DNA of 64,000 bases from Octopus sinensis (GCF_006345805.1 NC_043006.1:2170001-2234000), one strand, 5' to 3'. Positions 36,274-49,274 are shown, numbered from the stretch's first letter. Translations and numbers: made by a program. Notes: generated by a model not told the origin, from the sequence alone.

Positions 36274-36445
36274 TACACATATACGATGGGCTTCTTTTAG
36301 TTTCCATCTATAAAATCCACTCAAAAGGCTTTGGTTGACCCGAGGCTATAGTAGAAGACACTTGCTCAAAGTGCCATGCAGTGGCACTGAACCTGGAATC
36401 ATGTGGTTGGTAAGCAAGCTACTTACCACACAACCACTCCTGCAC
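36030..36445 (-). mobile_element. Full-length SINE family A
   Basis: Aligns with 20568-20960. Confidence 0.9.
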
Positions 36446-36780
36446 CTAAAGACCTTTAACCGATATTATTCCAGGATGAATACTGCAGTTAATTTGGTCT
36501 TCAGTGAAGCTCAGCAATGCACAATACAAATGTGTGTTCACTAAGCAATGCATAGAAAGAGAGCTAGCTCATCAGATCACCTGAACATCATAGTTATACA
36601 AGCAGATCAACTCTAAATATATGCACAAAATTCCCTCTTTACATATACAGCATATGGAAGGCTGGAACTGGACCAGATTACATTGATTTGGTCAGTAAAA
36701 GGTAAACTCAACAGTGAATATATATTGTAATGCTATTATTATAGAGAAAATGTTCTTCATATATAAATACTTGCACATCA

Positions 36781-37120
36781 TGCGCATGGCTCAGTGGTTA
36801 GAGCGTCGAGCTTACGATCGTGAGGTTGTGAGCTCGAATCCCGGACCGGGCTGCGTGTTGTGTTCTTGAGCAAAGCACTTTATTTCACGTTGCTCCAGTT
36901 CACTCAGCTGTAGAAATGAGTTGCGACGTCACTGGTGCCAAGCTGTATCGACCTTTGTCTTTCCCTTGGATAACATTGGTGGCGTGGAGAGGGGAGGCTG
37001 GTATGCATGGGCGACTGCTGGCCTTCCATAAACAACCTTGCCCGGACTTGTGTCTAGGAGGGTAACTTTCTAGGTGCAATCCCATGGTCATTCATGACCG
37101 AAGGGGGTCTTTACCCCCTT
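36781..37120 (+). mobile_element. Full-length SINE family H with intact-looking Pol III boxes
   Basis: A box tggctcagtggt, B box gctcgaatccc; many CpGs retained; body gtgttcttgagcaaagcactt..cagctgtagaaatgag. Confidence 0.92.
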
Positions 37121-37830
37121 TATTAGTTAGAATACCAGATAGAGAGGAAGGAATTCACCATACTGAATTGAAGCAATATAACAAGAAATAGCAAGAGATG
37201 AAGAAAAAATAAAATAACATGAGAAAAAAATATAAAAAATATAAGCAAATAAGATTTAAGAATTTTTACCACACAGGTGGATGAGTGGGGGGTAAAACAG
37301 CTGGTGATTTAAAGATTTTACAGAACTCATGGATGAATGCATAAAAACAAGGAACTCATACCAAGACATTGTGTTCAACAACAATAAACTCCTGTATGAA
37401 GTCAACAAGGACACAAAAATATCCGAGAAGAAAGCAGTGGAACATTCAGGAAATATAGTCACATGTGAACCACACCTCAGCATTTTGGTTTTCAGCATTT
37501 TAATCTGGGGTAAACAAAGTATATATGCACACATATGCACACGCTTATAGAACCATATATATATCTATATATATCTATACACACACACATATGCACATAC
37601 ACACACACTCACACATATACATACATACATACATGCATACATACACACTTATGTATATATACACACACATACACACACACACACACACACATATATACAT
37701 GCGTATGTATATTTATCTATATATATATATCTGTATGACTGAGAGCTTCGATAGTCCCGTCTGTGTGTTTTTTTGCCGTCTTCAAATTGTTTCACGTTCT
37801 TGTCCCAGTTTGTGTTTTTTTAACGTTTAC

Positions 37831-37864
<34 letters not shown>

Positions 37865-37879
37865 GCATACATACATACC

Positions 37880-37924
<45 letters not shown>

Positions 37925-38350
37925 TACAGACAAATATATATAGATATTTATGTATATATACACACTTTGGTAAAGAATCTTTTATATTATTTGCTTATAT
38001 ATTTATTTCTTTTTTATTTTTACTTTATCTTTTGCTATTACTTCTCGTTACTTTGCTTAAATTAAGGAAGGGGAATTCCTTAATTTCTATCAAGCACTTT
38101 AACTTAATTGTCTTAAGGATGTTCATCTGTGAAGAAAGTTTTTTTGCTACACTAATAGCAACACAACATATCTTTACCTCGTTGTTTGCCTTTTTTACTC
38201 AATGTAATTCTTTTCAGTTTCAGCCTTCCATACTTTGTACATATATAGAGTGAATTTCATGTGCGTATTTAGAGTTGGGACTTGTGAATGTAACCATGAT
38301 ATTCCAGTGATCTGATGAGGCAGTATTATTTGCATTAACTTGTGAATATA

Positions 38351-38613
38351 CAATTGCAGCGTAGAAGGTGTTTATAAGCCATTTAAGAAACACACAAAAA
38401 CTGTTAGACGCAGCACGGAGTTTTGTCAGTGAACAGGTCACGGTCTCAAAGCGACAAAAATATTTTGATAAATTAAATTTAAATGTTGAAGTGAATCTAA
38501 ACGGTTTTGTGTGTTTCTTAAATGGCTTATAAATACCTTCTATGCTGCAATTGTTTCATTCCAGCACGCGATCTCAGATCAGGTCACTCGCTATGCAAGT
38601 ACATCTTCGTAAA
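38351..38613. mobile_element. Fold-back element with 58-bp inverted repeats, flanked by a 10-16-bp direct repeat
   Basis: caattgcagcgtagaaggtgtttataagccatttaagaaacacacaaaa..taga and its reverse complement at about 38496-38553; tgtgaatatacaattg at 38341 and 38614. Confidence 0.8.
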
Positions 38614-39048
38614 TGTGAATATACAATTGTATTGTGTAATGCTGAGCACATATATAGATACAAACATACAGGCATAATTTCTTGCATACAGAACATTAAA
38701 ACTGCATGAAGAAGGTTGCAAAACACCTGTAATCTTATAGAAGTCACATGGTTAAATAATACACTTCCACCTCTCGTTCATCCCGATTTTATGTTTTCAT
38801 TCACTCCTCAGAGAATAATTTTATAGCTAGGATTTTCTGGATTGCCAGTTCAATGGGTGTTACACTTTTTAGTAATTGACATTACTACGTGGACTGATAG
38901 CCGAGTCTGCAAGAGGAGCTTACTGTAATAGCTGCAAAATTCTCTGAATCCATATCTTATACTACTCATTTGTATCTACGTGGCCAGCTCTTGTGGTCCT
39001 GTCTCACCCATACTAGCATGGAACACGGACATTAAATGATGATGATGA

Positions 39049-39090
<42 letters not shown>

Positions 39091-39178
39091 TATATATATT
39101 ATACATATATATATACATATATGTGCATGTATTTATTTATACAAATACAATATATATATATATAGATAGATATGATAT

Positions 39179-39212
<34 letters not shown>

Positions 39213-39768
39213 GTGCATAAATTTAGATAGCAGCACCAACAACAATAAAAAAACAATAGCAAAAACAATAATAAAAACAACAACAAATGCATAACAAAAC
39301 AAAAAAGCAAAACACCAAAAAAAAGGGAAGAAGTTATTTCCTAGCATTAATCCTTAGTTAATACAGAATAGATCTATTTAGACATTAATAAAAATTTAGT
39401 AACTACTATTTCGGCAATTAGTCAGTATAACCATAATGCTATAGGCCCTATGCTCTGTGTAGTCAGATGTGAAATATTATACCGCTGTCTAGCAGGAATG
39501 AAGACTGGAGCCAATTTTCACGGCTGAATGAATATAGTGTTTAGTTGAATGAACACTGGTTGGCAGCAACAGAAGTCCCAGTAATAAAATCATATCAGCC
39601 TACAATAATTCATTTATTTCACCCCCTCCTCCCACCCCCACCCACACCGCACCCACCTCTTGCTTCTCCTCTCAACAGACATGGTACCATAACAAATAGA
39701 CTTTAATGTTGAAAAATGTAAAAACAAACAAATACATATGCGTATGTGTGTATGTGTGTGTGTATACA

Positions 39769-39815
<47 letters not shown>

Positions 39816-39856
39816 CCTACCTATCTATCTATCTATCTATATATATATGTATACAC

Positions 39857-39902
<46 letters not shown>

Positions 39903-40228
39903 AAGAGTGAGAGAAAGAGGAAAAAATAAAAGAAAAGATTATCATCCTCACAGTGCTGTTACCAAGATTTATGGTGTGTATGTAAATATAAATATACATA
40001 CATGTATTTATGTATATATATGTATATATATACTCACACACATTCTCCCAATATGTCAAAGTATTTTGTATATGTATGTGCAGGCACACACACACACACA
40101 CACACACACATAAATAGCTAAGTATCCATGTATATGTGTATGTCTATATCATATCTACTTGGGAAGAATCATATACTTAAGTATACATATATTTAAACAT
40201 ATGCAAACACATATATCTATATATTCAG

Positions 40229-40266
<38 letters not shown>

Positions 40267-40274
40267 ATAAATAC

Positions 40275-40307
<33 letters not shown>

Positions 40308-40567
40308 GCTGATAATCTCTTAAAATGTATGTGGAGGCTAGATTCTGATAATTTGTGTGCACAAAGGGAGTGAATTAGTTGTAAAACGGAGAAACAAGTA
40401 TCAAGGAAGATAACTCTACATTGCTACTGAAATAGCACTGGTAAAGGCTGCAAGTCGCTGATCAAGCGTTTCATAAAGAACAATAGCATGGCTGCATTAT
40501 TAAGGACTACGTTCGTCTGTCTGTCAGTCTGTCTGTCTGTCTGTCTATGTATGTATGTACTCTTTCA

Positions 40568-40975
40568 TTGTTTTACTTGTTTCAGTTATTTGACTGTGGC
40601 CATGCTGGAGCACCGCCTTTAGTTGAAGAAATCAATTTATTCTTCGTAAGTCTAGTACTTTGTAAGTCTAGTACTTATTCTATCAGTCTCTTTGGTTGAA
40701 CTGCTAAGTTACAGGGACGTAAACATACTAACATCGGTTGTCAGGTGATGGTGGGTGGACAAACACAGACACACAAATACACACACATATACACATATAT
40801 ATATACACATACAACAGGCTTCTTTCAGTTTCCGTCTACCAAATTCACTCACAAGGTTTTGGTCGACCTGAACCTATAGTAGAAGACACTTGGCCAATGT
40901 GCCATGCTGTGGGACTGAACCTGGAACCATGTGGTTGGGAAGCAAGCTTCTTACCATACAGCCACTCCTGCACGT
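40568..40975 (-). mobile_element. Full-length SINE family A
   Basis: Aligns with 20568-20960; small internal duplication gtaagtctagtactt. Confidence 0.9.
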
Positions 40976-41134
40976 ATAAACCACTCCTGTGCCTATGTAT
41001 GGATGTGTGTGTGTATGTATGTATGTATGTATGTGTGTATGTATGTGTATGTATGTGTGTATGTATGTGTATGTATGTATGTATGTATGTATGTATGTAT
41101 GTATGTGTGTATGTATGTGTGTTTGTATGTATGC

Positions 41135-41167
<33 letters not shown>

Positions 41168-41244
41168 TGTATGTATGTATGTATGTATGTATGTATGTAT
41201 GTATATGCATATATGTATGTATGTATGTATGTATGTGCCATTAT

Positions 41245-41430
41245 GCAGTTTTATTTTAAGATTTCTTGCCAATAGAGAAAGGCGTAGATCCAAGGCCACT
41301 TCACTAGAATTTCAATAACATCAACAGGGTATTTTTGTTTGTAGGTATAGATGCAAGTTTGTATGTTTTGTTTTATGAATGTATTCTCATGCATATAGTT
41401 GCATATCTAGACATGTTCATATATACTTAC
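41245..41430 (-). mobile_element. 3' UTR fragment of an RLE-type LINE (same family as 56845-57730)
   Basis: tttcttgccaatagagaa..gaatttcaa..catcaacaggg and tgtattctca.gcat.tagttgcat.tctagacatg shared with 56870-57130. Confidence 0.8.
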
Positions 41431-41469
41431 TACATACATACATACATACATACATACATACATACATAC

Positions 41470-41740
41470 ATACATACATACATACATACACACATAGTAA
41501 ATGCTTAAAGGAGAATCTGGATAAACTGGGATATTCAGAAAGAGAAATGGACCGGCTGATTCGTACATTACAAGTGCAATCAGTGAGTGGAACAGTAAAA
41601 ATATGCAAGACTTTTCTCAAGTTCCAAATGGGAATTTGTCTGTGTTAACTACATCCCAAAGATGGAGCCATGTATCTTTGTTGGAAACCGGTGCCCTCCT
41701 CAGTGGAAGATTTATGATAATTAAAAAAATAGAAGAAACA
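41470..41740 (+). pseudogene. C-terminal fragment of an RLE-type LINE ORF flanked by (TACA)n
   Basis: CLKENLDKLGYSEREMDRLIRTLQVQSVSGTVKICKTFLKF matches ILEKLGFSKPERRKLIQRLQIKAITGTVKICKT on the minus strand at about 57140-57255. Confidence 0.8.
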
Positions 41741-42521
41741 TACATACACACATATATACATGCATACACACATACATACATACATGTATGTATGTATGTA
41801 TGTATGCATGCATGCATGTATGTATGTATATATGTATGTATGTATGAATGTATGCATGTATGTGTGTATGTATGAATGTATGCATGTATGTATGTATTGT
41901 TATGTTTGGGAAGAATCATATGTGTAAGGTTTTTCTGATTATACACCCAGCAATTATTGTCTATTAAGTCTACTGCAGATCTTCATTTATCTGTAACAAG
42001 GCCTTTGGAGAATGAAAACAGATTTATATATGAAGATATAGGCACAGGCATGGCTTTGTGGTTCAGCAATCTCGTTTTCTAACCATGTGGTTGTGAGTTC
42101 AGTCCCACTGCGTGTTACTTTGGGCAAGGGCATTCCACTATAGTTCCTTACTAACCAAAGACTTGTGGGTGGATTTTGTCAATGGAAATTGAAAGAAGCT
42201 TGTGTGTGTGTGTGTGTGTGTGACCCCTTCTCTAAACATCACATGATGGTTGTAAGTGAATATCATTATCACTCAAGCAATTCTGTTTATTTCCAGTCTT
42301 CCAGGGAAGACATGTCTTGTTGTGAGAAAATATTACCTGGCTTGGAAACAGGTGAGGAAACGAATTCAGTCAGACCCATGCAGGCATGGATAAGTGAATA
42401 TTAAATGATGATGATGATGATGATGCTGATGATGATGATGACAATGATGATGCTGATGATGACAATGATTATGATGATGATAATGGTGGTGGTGGTGATT
42501 GTTATTTTATTTTTTTATTTT

Positions 42522-42825
42522 TGCACCCTTTTCCAGCCTAGCCAGGTTCATGGGCCCAGTTTCCCGGTTTCTATGGCGTATGTGTTCCCCCCAGCTGGAC
42601 AGGACGCCAGTCCATCGCAGCGTTACTCAAGAAACAGGAAGAAAGAGTGAGAGAAAGTTGGGGCGAAAGAGTACAACAGGGGTCGTCACCACCTCCTGCC
42701 GGAGCCTCATGGAGTTTTAGGTGTTTTCGCTCAATAAACACACACAACACCCGGTCTGGAATCGAAACTGCGATCCTCCGACTGCGAGTCCGCTGCCCTA
42801 ACCACTGGGCCATTGTGCCTCCATG
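42522..42825 (-). mobile_element. Full-length SINE family B
   Basis: Reverse complement of 28782-29078. Confidence 0.92.
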
Positions 42826-42980
42826 GTGGTGGTGGTGGTGGTGATGCTATCACAATCTCACAAACAGAATATGTAAATATTGTTGAACCGGATTTATGCA
42901 TTACTCACATCTTCTGAGCCACACAAATACTTAGATGACTCTATGTGTGATCTCGTCTTCTCTGCTCCTTAGTCTGTTCC

Positions 42981-43727
42981 TTGAACCCTTTAGCATTCTG
43001 ATCTCTTTGTCAAATCTATTGCTTATTTATCTACATTGTCTTGAATTAATCATACATTATGATGTAGCTTCAAGACTTCAATGCAATCATCATGGCATGG
43101 GTTGGACGATTTGACTGAGGTCTGGCGAACCAGAAGGCTGCACCAGGCTTCAATCTTGATCAGGCAGAGTTTCTACAGCTGGATGCCCTTCCTAATGCCA
43201 ACCACTCCGAGAGTGTAGAGGGTGCTTTTATGTGCCACCGGCACCAGGGCTAGTTAGGTGGTACTGGCAATGGCCACGCTCAAGTGGTGTTTTGTATGTG
43301 CCACCGGCACCAGGGCTAGTTAGGTGGTACTGGCAATGGCCACGCTCAAGTGGTGTTTTGTATGTGCCACCTGCACAGGAGCCAGTCCAGCTGCACTGGC
43401 AACAACTTTGCTTGAATGTTTTTCATGTGCCACTGGCACAAGTGCCAGTAAGGTGACGCTGGTAATGATCACGTTTGAATGGTGCTTTTTATGTGTCACC
43501 GACATGGAAGCCAGTCAGCTGCTCTGGCAGCGATCATGCTCGGATGGTGCTTGAATGGTGCTCTTAGTGCTCCACTGGCACAGGTGCCAGTCATCAAATT
43601 TGCAAATATTTCTAGAAAGGCATTGTGGGGTAGGTGTGAGAGGTTGGATCTGGTTAGTTTTAACATAAAACATTTAGAATATTTGAACCAGTTGTGGCCA
43701 GTTTAAATTTAAATGCTAAAGGGTCAA
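42981..43727 (+). mobile_element. piggyBac-type MITE family 2 split by an RTE 3' fragment (about 43092-43595, minus)
   Basis: Left part ttgaaccctttagcattc..gaattaatcat and right part gggtaggtgtgagagg..gctaaagggtcaa together rebuild the 49275-49501 unit. Confidence 0.8.
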
Positions 43728-44861
43728 GTCTTCATATGGTCTTGTGGTGGTTCCAGTGAAGATGTGGTAGATTCAATCAACATGTCTGCACTTAACTCGG
43801 TTGGTGTGCATCCCCAGACAATGTTTGCAACTAATGAGCTTATTGATGTTGTCGTTATTTTTCTGCTGATTAGAGACAAGATTAATGATAGTCAAGGAAT
43901 ATCTTGTCAAGAGCCAGAAGTGTTAAAGACATCAAATCTATTATAATTAGTTCTATGTGGTATAGTATAGTTTTTGAAATTTTATAATAACAGTTTATAG
44001 GCACAGGGTATAGTTTAATAGGCGCAGGGGTGGCTGTGTTTTAAGAAGCTTGCTTCTCAACCACATGGTTCTAAGTTCAGTCCCTCTGCATGGCACCTTG
44101 GGCAAGTGTCTCTTACTATAGCCTTGTGCCGACCAAAACCTTGTGAGTGGATTTGGTAGGTGGAAACTGAAAGAAGCCCATCATATATATATATATATAT
44201 ATATAAGAGAAGAAAATGGATATAATAACAATGGGAAACTCATGGTTTATGCTGGCATGTCTTTAATGAAATCGGTAACAAAGAAGGAAGAAGCAGAGAT
44301 GAGGGTGGCATTTATGATTGTTTCGATTTACTGGAATAAGTAAATCTCTTCAGAATGCGAGTATGGATAGATGCATTGGTTAGGATGCGAAAATGATTGA
44401 TACATATGTGAGAGTGATGTAAACAAGTTGGTAATTCTTCCACTGAAATTTTGTTCTTGCTTTGGTAAATTCCCCAGGTTAGAGGTTTGCTTGTGGTAGA
44501 TTGGTTAGTTCCGTTGGGTAATTAGGGCAGGGTGAGTATTAATTAGGTGCAGGTTACCTTGTTTAATTAAGCACATTTTATCTCATGTGTGCATCTCATA
44601 TTACAGATTTATGTATGTATGTATATCTCAATTTGTGTGTGTATCTGTGTCCAACCGATGTTGGGTTTACATCCCCATAACTTAGTGGTTTGGCAAAAGA
44701 GACTGATAGAATAAATCCCAGGGTTGATTTGTTTGACTACAACCCTGCAAGGCAGTACCCCAGCATGGCCACAGTCAAATGACTGAAACAAGAAAAAAAC
44801 AAAAGATATAAGTATAATATGATTAAATGAATGCCTTTTGTGTTTATGAAAATGTGAAGCC

Positions 44862-45065
44862 GTGAAAAGGCAAAGAATTGGCAGAAACGTTAGCACACTG
44901 GACGAAATGCTTAGCAGTATTTTGTCTGCCATGACGTTCTGAGTTCAAATTCCACTGAAGTCGACTTTGCCTTTCATCCTTTCGGGTTTAATAAATTAAA
45001 TACTGAGGTCAATCTAGTTGATTGGCCCCCTCCCCTCAAATTCCAAGTCTTGTGCCGAGAGTAGA
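44862..45065 (+). mobile_element. SINE family C (tail type 2)
   Basis: ggcagaaacgttagc..gagttcaaattcc..gtcgactttgcctttcatcctttcggg. Confidence 0.85.
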
Positions 45066-45986
45066 AAAGAATATGTGAAGATGTGTGGCCTAGTGGTTAG
45101 GATTTTGGATTCATGATCTTAAGATTAGGGGTTTGATCCTCAGACTAGGCAGCATGTTGTGTAATAACTTCATTTCACATTGCTCTGGTCCAATTTTGGC
45201 ATAAAATGCTGGTTTGGACTAAACTGGGATAATTAATTGATGTAAAGTAATTTCATTCTTGAGAAAACTAACTTAATCTATTCCCCACTAACACTATTAA
45301 AAGAGGCTTTATGCGGTCAGTCAACCTGCTAGAAATAACAGCCAAACAACTGTTTGAAAAAAGAACATGGGTAAAGCACTGCTAGGATTCCAGTACATGT
45401 GAAAAAGATAGGATGGTCATGGCTGGAATGCATTTTATCATATTGTAATCATTGAGATTATCATAAGTCTGCTTGATCAGGGCTGACCTGGGGCCAAACA
45501 TCAGTAACACTGACTGGATGATGTTAATCTGCAATTCATATACAATTGGTCAAAAAATTTCTCTAATCAAAATGAGGTCTGAGGGGAAGGGACAGTGCTT
45601 GCAGCCTTCGAGAACAGATGAAGTTGGCGCAAGCACAGCTGTGGGGTCAAGGAGTTTGCTTTCCAACCACATAGTTTCAGCTTCAGTCCATTGCATGGCA
45701 TCTCGGGTCAGTGTCTTCAACTGTAGCCCTTGGACTGACCAAAGCCTTGTGAATAGAATTGGTGGATGGAAACTGAAAGAATCTCATCATCAATATCATC
45801 ATCATCATCATCATTGTTTAACGTCTGCTTTCCATGCTAGCATGGGTTGGACAGTTTGACTGGGGTCTGGGAAGCCAGGAGGCTGCGTCAGGCTCCAGTC
45901 TGATCTGGCAGTGTTTCTACAGCTGGATGCCCTTCCTAACGCCAACCATTCAGTGAGTGTAGTGGGTGCTTTTTACATGCCACCGG

Positions 45987-46044
<58 letters not shown>

Positions 46045-46071
46045 CATATACATACATATATATATATATAT

Positions 46072-46138
<67 letters not shown>

Positions 46139-46239
46139 ATATATATATATATGTATATATGTATATATACAATTGGCATGTTGGGCCGCTAAACTCTACA
46201 TGGTTTTTTTCTTCTCTCTCTATTCATTTCCTCTTATTC

Positions 46240-46275
46240 CTTTCTGTTGAAGGGCATAAGCTCGAAATGTAAAAG
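46240..46275 (+). ncRNA. Minimal type-I hammerhead-ribozyme-like fold (variant core) in a short TA-embedded element (about 46165-46355)
   Basis: CTTT-CTGTTGA-A-GGGC-ATAA-GCTC-GAAA-TG-TA-AAAG: stem I, core, stem II, GAAA and UH site in the expected order. Confidence 0.6.
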
Positions 46276-46472
46276 ACTTTTCCATTTTTTGCAAGCGTCA
46301 AACTAATCACTTGCTTGTTGTTCCTACATCTGTCCTCATCTTTTTCTATAAATTTCAACCGTATATATATATATATATATATATACACGTGCATGTAGCA
46401 GGAATATTTAGCAATCAAACCTAAAGTATATAATATCTGATGCAAAACAACAACACTCAAGAATAGGATCAC

Positions 46473-46643
46473 ACAATTTGCTTGAACAATTTGCTTGAAC
46501 AATTTGCTTGAACAATTTGCTTGAACAATTTGCTTGAACAATTTGCTTGAACAATTTGCTTGAACAATTTGCTTGAACAATTTGCTTGAACAATTTGCTT
46601 GAACAATTTGCTTGAACAATTTGCTTGAACAATTTGCTTGAAC
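46473..46643. repeat. Perfect 13-bp minisatellite (ACAATTTGCTTGA) about 13 times
   Basis: Direct reading; source of the (KLFKQIVQANCSS)n ORFs. Confidence 0.97.
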
Positions 46644-46899
46644 ACTGCTAATTTCATAAAAAAATCAAACTATTCAAGTTTTTTGTGCAGAGCTGGATTT
46701 TACAACAATTCCATCTTTGGTACCCTTTTTCTGTAGAAGACCACCACTGTATGTTAAGTGTATTTTAACTACTTCCAAGAGACAGTGAATGGCAGACATC
46801 AAACCAGAGACTGAAGATGGCAGTCAGCAAACAGCAAAATGGAACCGGAACCGGCAGCTGGCCAGAGCATTGTCACAACATAAAAACAATGGACAGACA

Positions 46900-47045
46900 G
46901 TGGTTGGCGTTAGGAAGAGCATCCAGTTGTAGAAACACCGCCAGATCAGACTGGAGCCTGGTGCAGCCTTCTGGCTTCCCAGATCCCCGGTCGAACCGTC
47001 CAACCCATGCTAGCATGGAAAGCGGACGTTATATGATGATGATGA
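46900..47045 (+). mobile_element. RTE LINE 3' end, CpG-rich
   Basis: ggttggcgttaggaagagcatccag..catgctagcatggaaagcggacgtt..atgatgat. Confidence 0.88.
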
Positions 47046-47764
47046 TATATACGACAGGCTTCTTTCAGTTTCCATCTACCAGATCCACTCACAAGGCTTT
47101 GGTCAGTTTTAGTGTAATGCAAATAATTAATATTATTAAAAATAGCAAGTGTGGCTGTGTGGTAAGCAGTTTGCTTCCCAATCACATGGTTTTGTGTTCA
47201 ATTCCCCTGTGTGGTACCTGTGAAGTCCAAAGTGTTTTCTACTATAACCCTGAGCTAACAAAATCCTTGTGAATGGACTTGGGAGATGGAAACTGGAAGA
47301 AGCTCATTATATATAGTTTGTTTACACCCCTGTAACCTAGTGGTACGACAAAAGAAACTGATAAAAATAAATACAAGACTTCAAAAACTGCAGTCGATTT
47401 GTTTGCCAAGAACCCTTCAAGGTGGTGCTCATGTATAGCCACAGTCTAATGACTGAAATGAGTAAAGGAAAAAAGGTAACACAGTCTAATTACCAAAGAT
47501 TTTATTCAATATCTTATGATGCAGCAGGGCTTCCTGCTCAGCACCAGCAGCAGCGGGTTTTATGCTTGGAGATGAGGTGGGAAAAGATGGCTAAAAGTAT
47601 GAGAGAAGGGGCCAAAGTAGGACATGCTTCTTGCTGTAGGCATGACTAGGTTGATTTAATATATTTGAAAGTGGTAACTGTTTCTTGAGAAATTAGTTGA
47701 TATATTTCATGAAGGGTTTTTTATTTTTTCAGGAAAGTGTTTTAACCATTTTTAAAAAATTCAT

Positions 47765-48062
47765 GCACCCTTTTTAAGCCTAGCCAGGCTCATGGGCCTG
47801 GTTTCCCAGTTTCTGTGGCATATGTCCCCACCAGCTGGACAGGACACCAGTCCATCGCAGCGTTACCCAAGAAACAGGAAGAAAGAGTGAGAGAAAGTTG
47901 GGGTGAAAGAGTACAAAAGGGGTCGTCACCATCCCCTGCTGGAGCCTCGTGGAGCTTTAGATGTTTTTGCTCAATAAACACACACAACGCCAGGTCTGGG
48001 AATCGAAACTGCAATCCTCCAACCGTGAGTCTGCTGCCCTAACCACTGGGCCATTGCACCTC
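47765..48062 (-). mobile_element. Full-length SINE family B
   Basis: Reverse complement of 28782-29078. Confidence 0.92.
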
Positions 48063-49274
48063 CACGTTTTAACCATTAATAACTCAATAATATTTTTAAG
48101 TTCCTTTATAGAATTAGGAATTTTAAAACATTTGCATAGATGTAGCTTATCAGAATCAGGTAATATTTTCTAGTCATGAATTTAATAACAAAATAATATA
48201 ATTAAATTTAAATCATAGGCATATGACAAAAATTCTTATAGGCTTCTGTTGCGATCTTTCTTAGAACATATGATGATGTCATCTAAATCTACAAATAGGC
48301 AGATTTAAGGTCATTCAGTGAGGTTATTTGACTCTGCACTTTAATGAAAACACGACAGTGTTCATTAGGCCAAACAGGAGTCTTGTACTTTGATCCAATT
48401 GTCCCAAGGCCTAAAAAAAACCAGTGGAAGGGTGGCCCTTAATTGTCAGTGACAGTTGCTTGTAGGCAAATTTCATTCCAACATTGCTAAAATATGAATG
48501 TTGTGATACAGATTAACTCCTCAATGGTAGGTATGCAAAAAGCATTAAAAAAGTGATAAAAAAAATCAAAGATCAAATCATTGCTCGTGTTTTTTGATTT
48601 TTGTTCTCCTTCTGCTAAACACAATAGCAATGAAGATTCTCAGCAAGAATCTGCTCCGATCCCCTTTTTCTCTAATAGTTTAATCCCTTCTCCCTTGGCA
48701 TGAAGCTAACCTCCTATCTCCCCCAGGGTTCATAGTCATGTGAGCTGCATGGTGACTTCAAAAGAACAGGCAGCATTAAAAAGAGGACCCTGTTCATGTT
48801 GTTAAGTGGTTGGCTTTGGGGAGGACGTCCAGCTGTTGAGAGCATGCCAAAGTAGATTCTGGTGCATGATCCTGTCCTTGGACTCATCAGATCCTTTCAA
48901 ACCAACCCACCCATGCCAGCATGGAAGTCAGGCATTAAATGATGATGATGATGATGATGATGATGACCTGAGTTCTTCACTGTGAATTATTGTATTCTAT
49001 GATGCCTTCTTTGTGTAGGTAAAATTGTTTTGTGTCTTTTGAATTTGTAGTCATCTTCAGAGTAACTTTGAATCAATCGGGCAACAGATTTGGCATTTAG
49101 ATTTAAATCAGTAAAAGATATAAAAGATGACATCTTCAGGGAAACAAAAATTTGACAATGCTACAGGTGCTAACATATTTGATACTAACCCACCTGAAAG
49201 TATCTTTAGTTCTAAGATAGAAATTTCCGTTTTAACATCAAAATTTCAGGTTCATTTATTCTCTATGCACTGGT

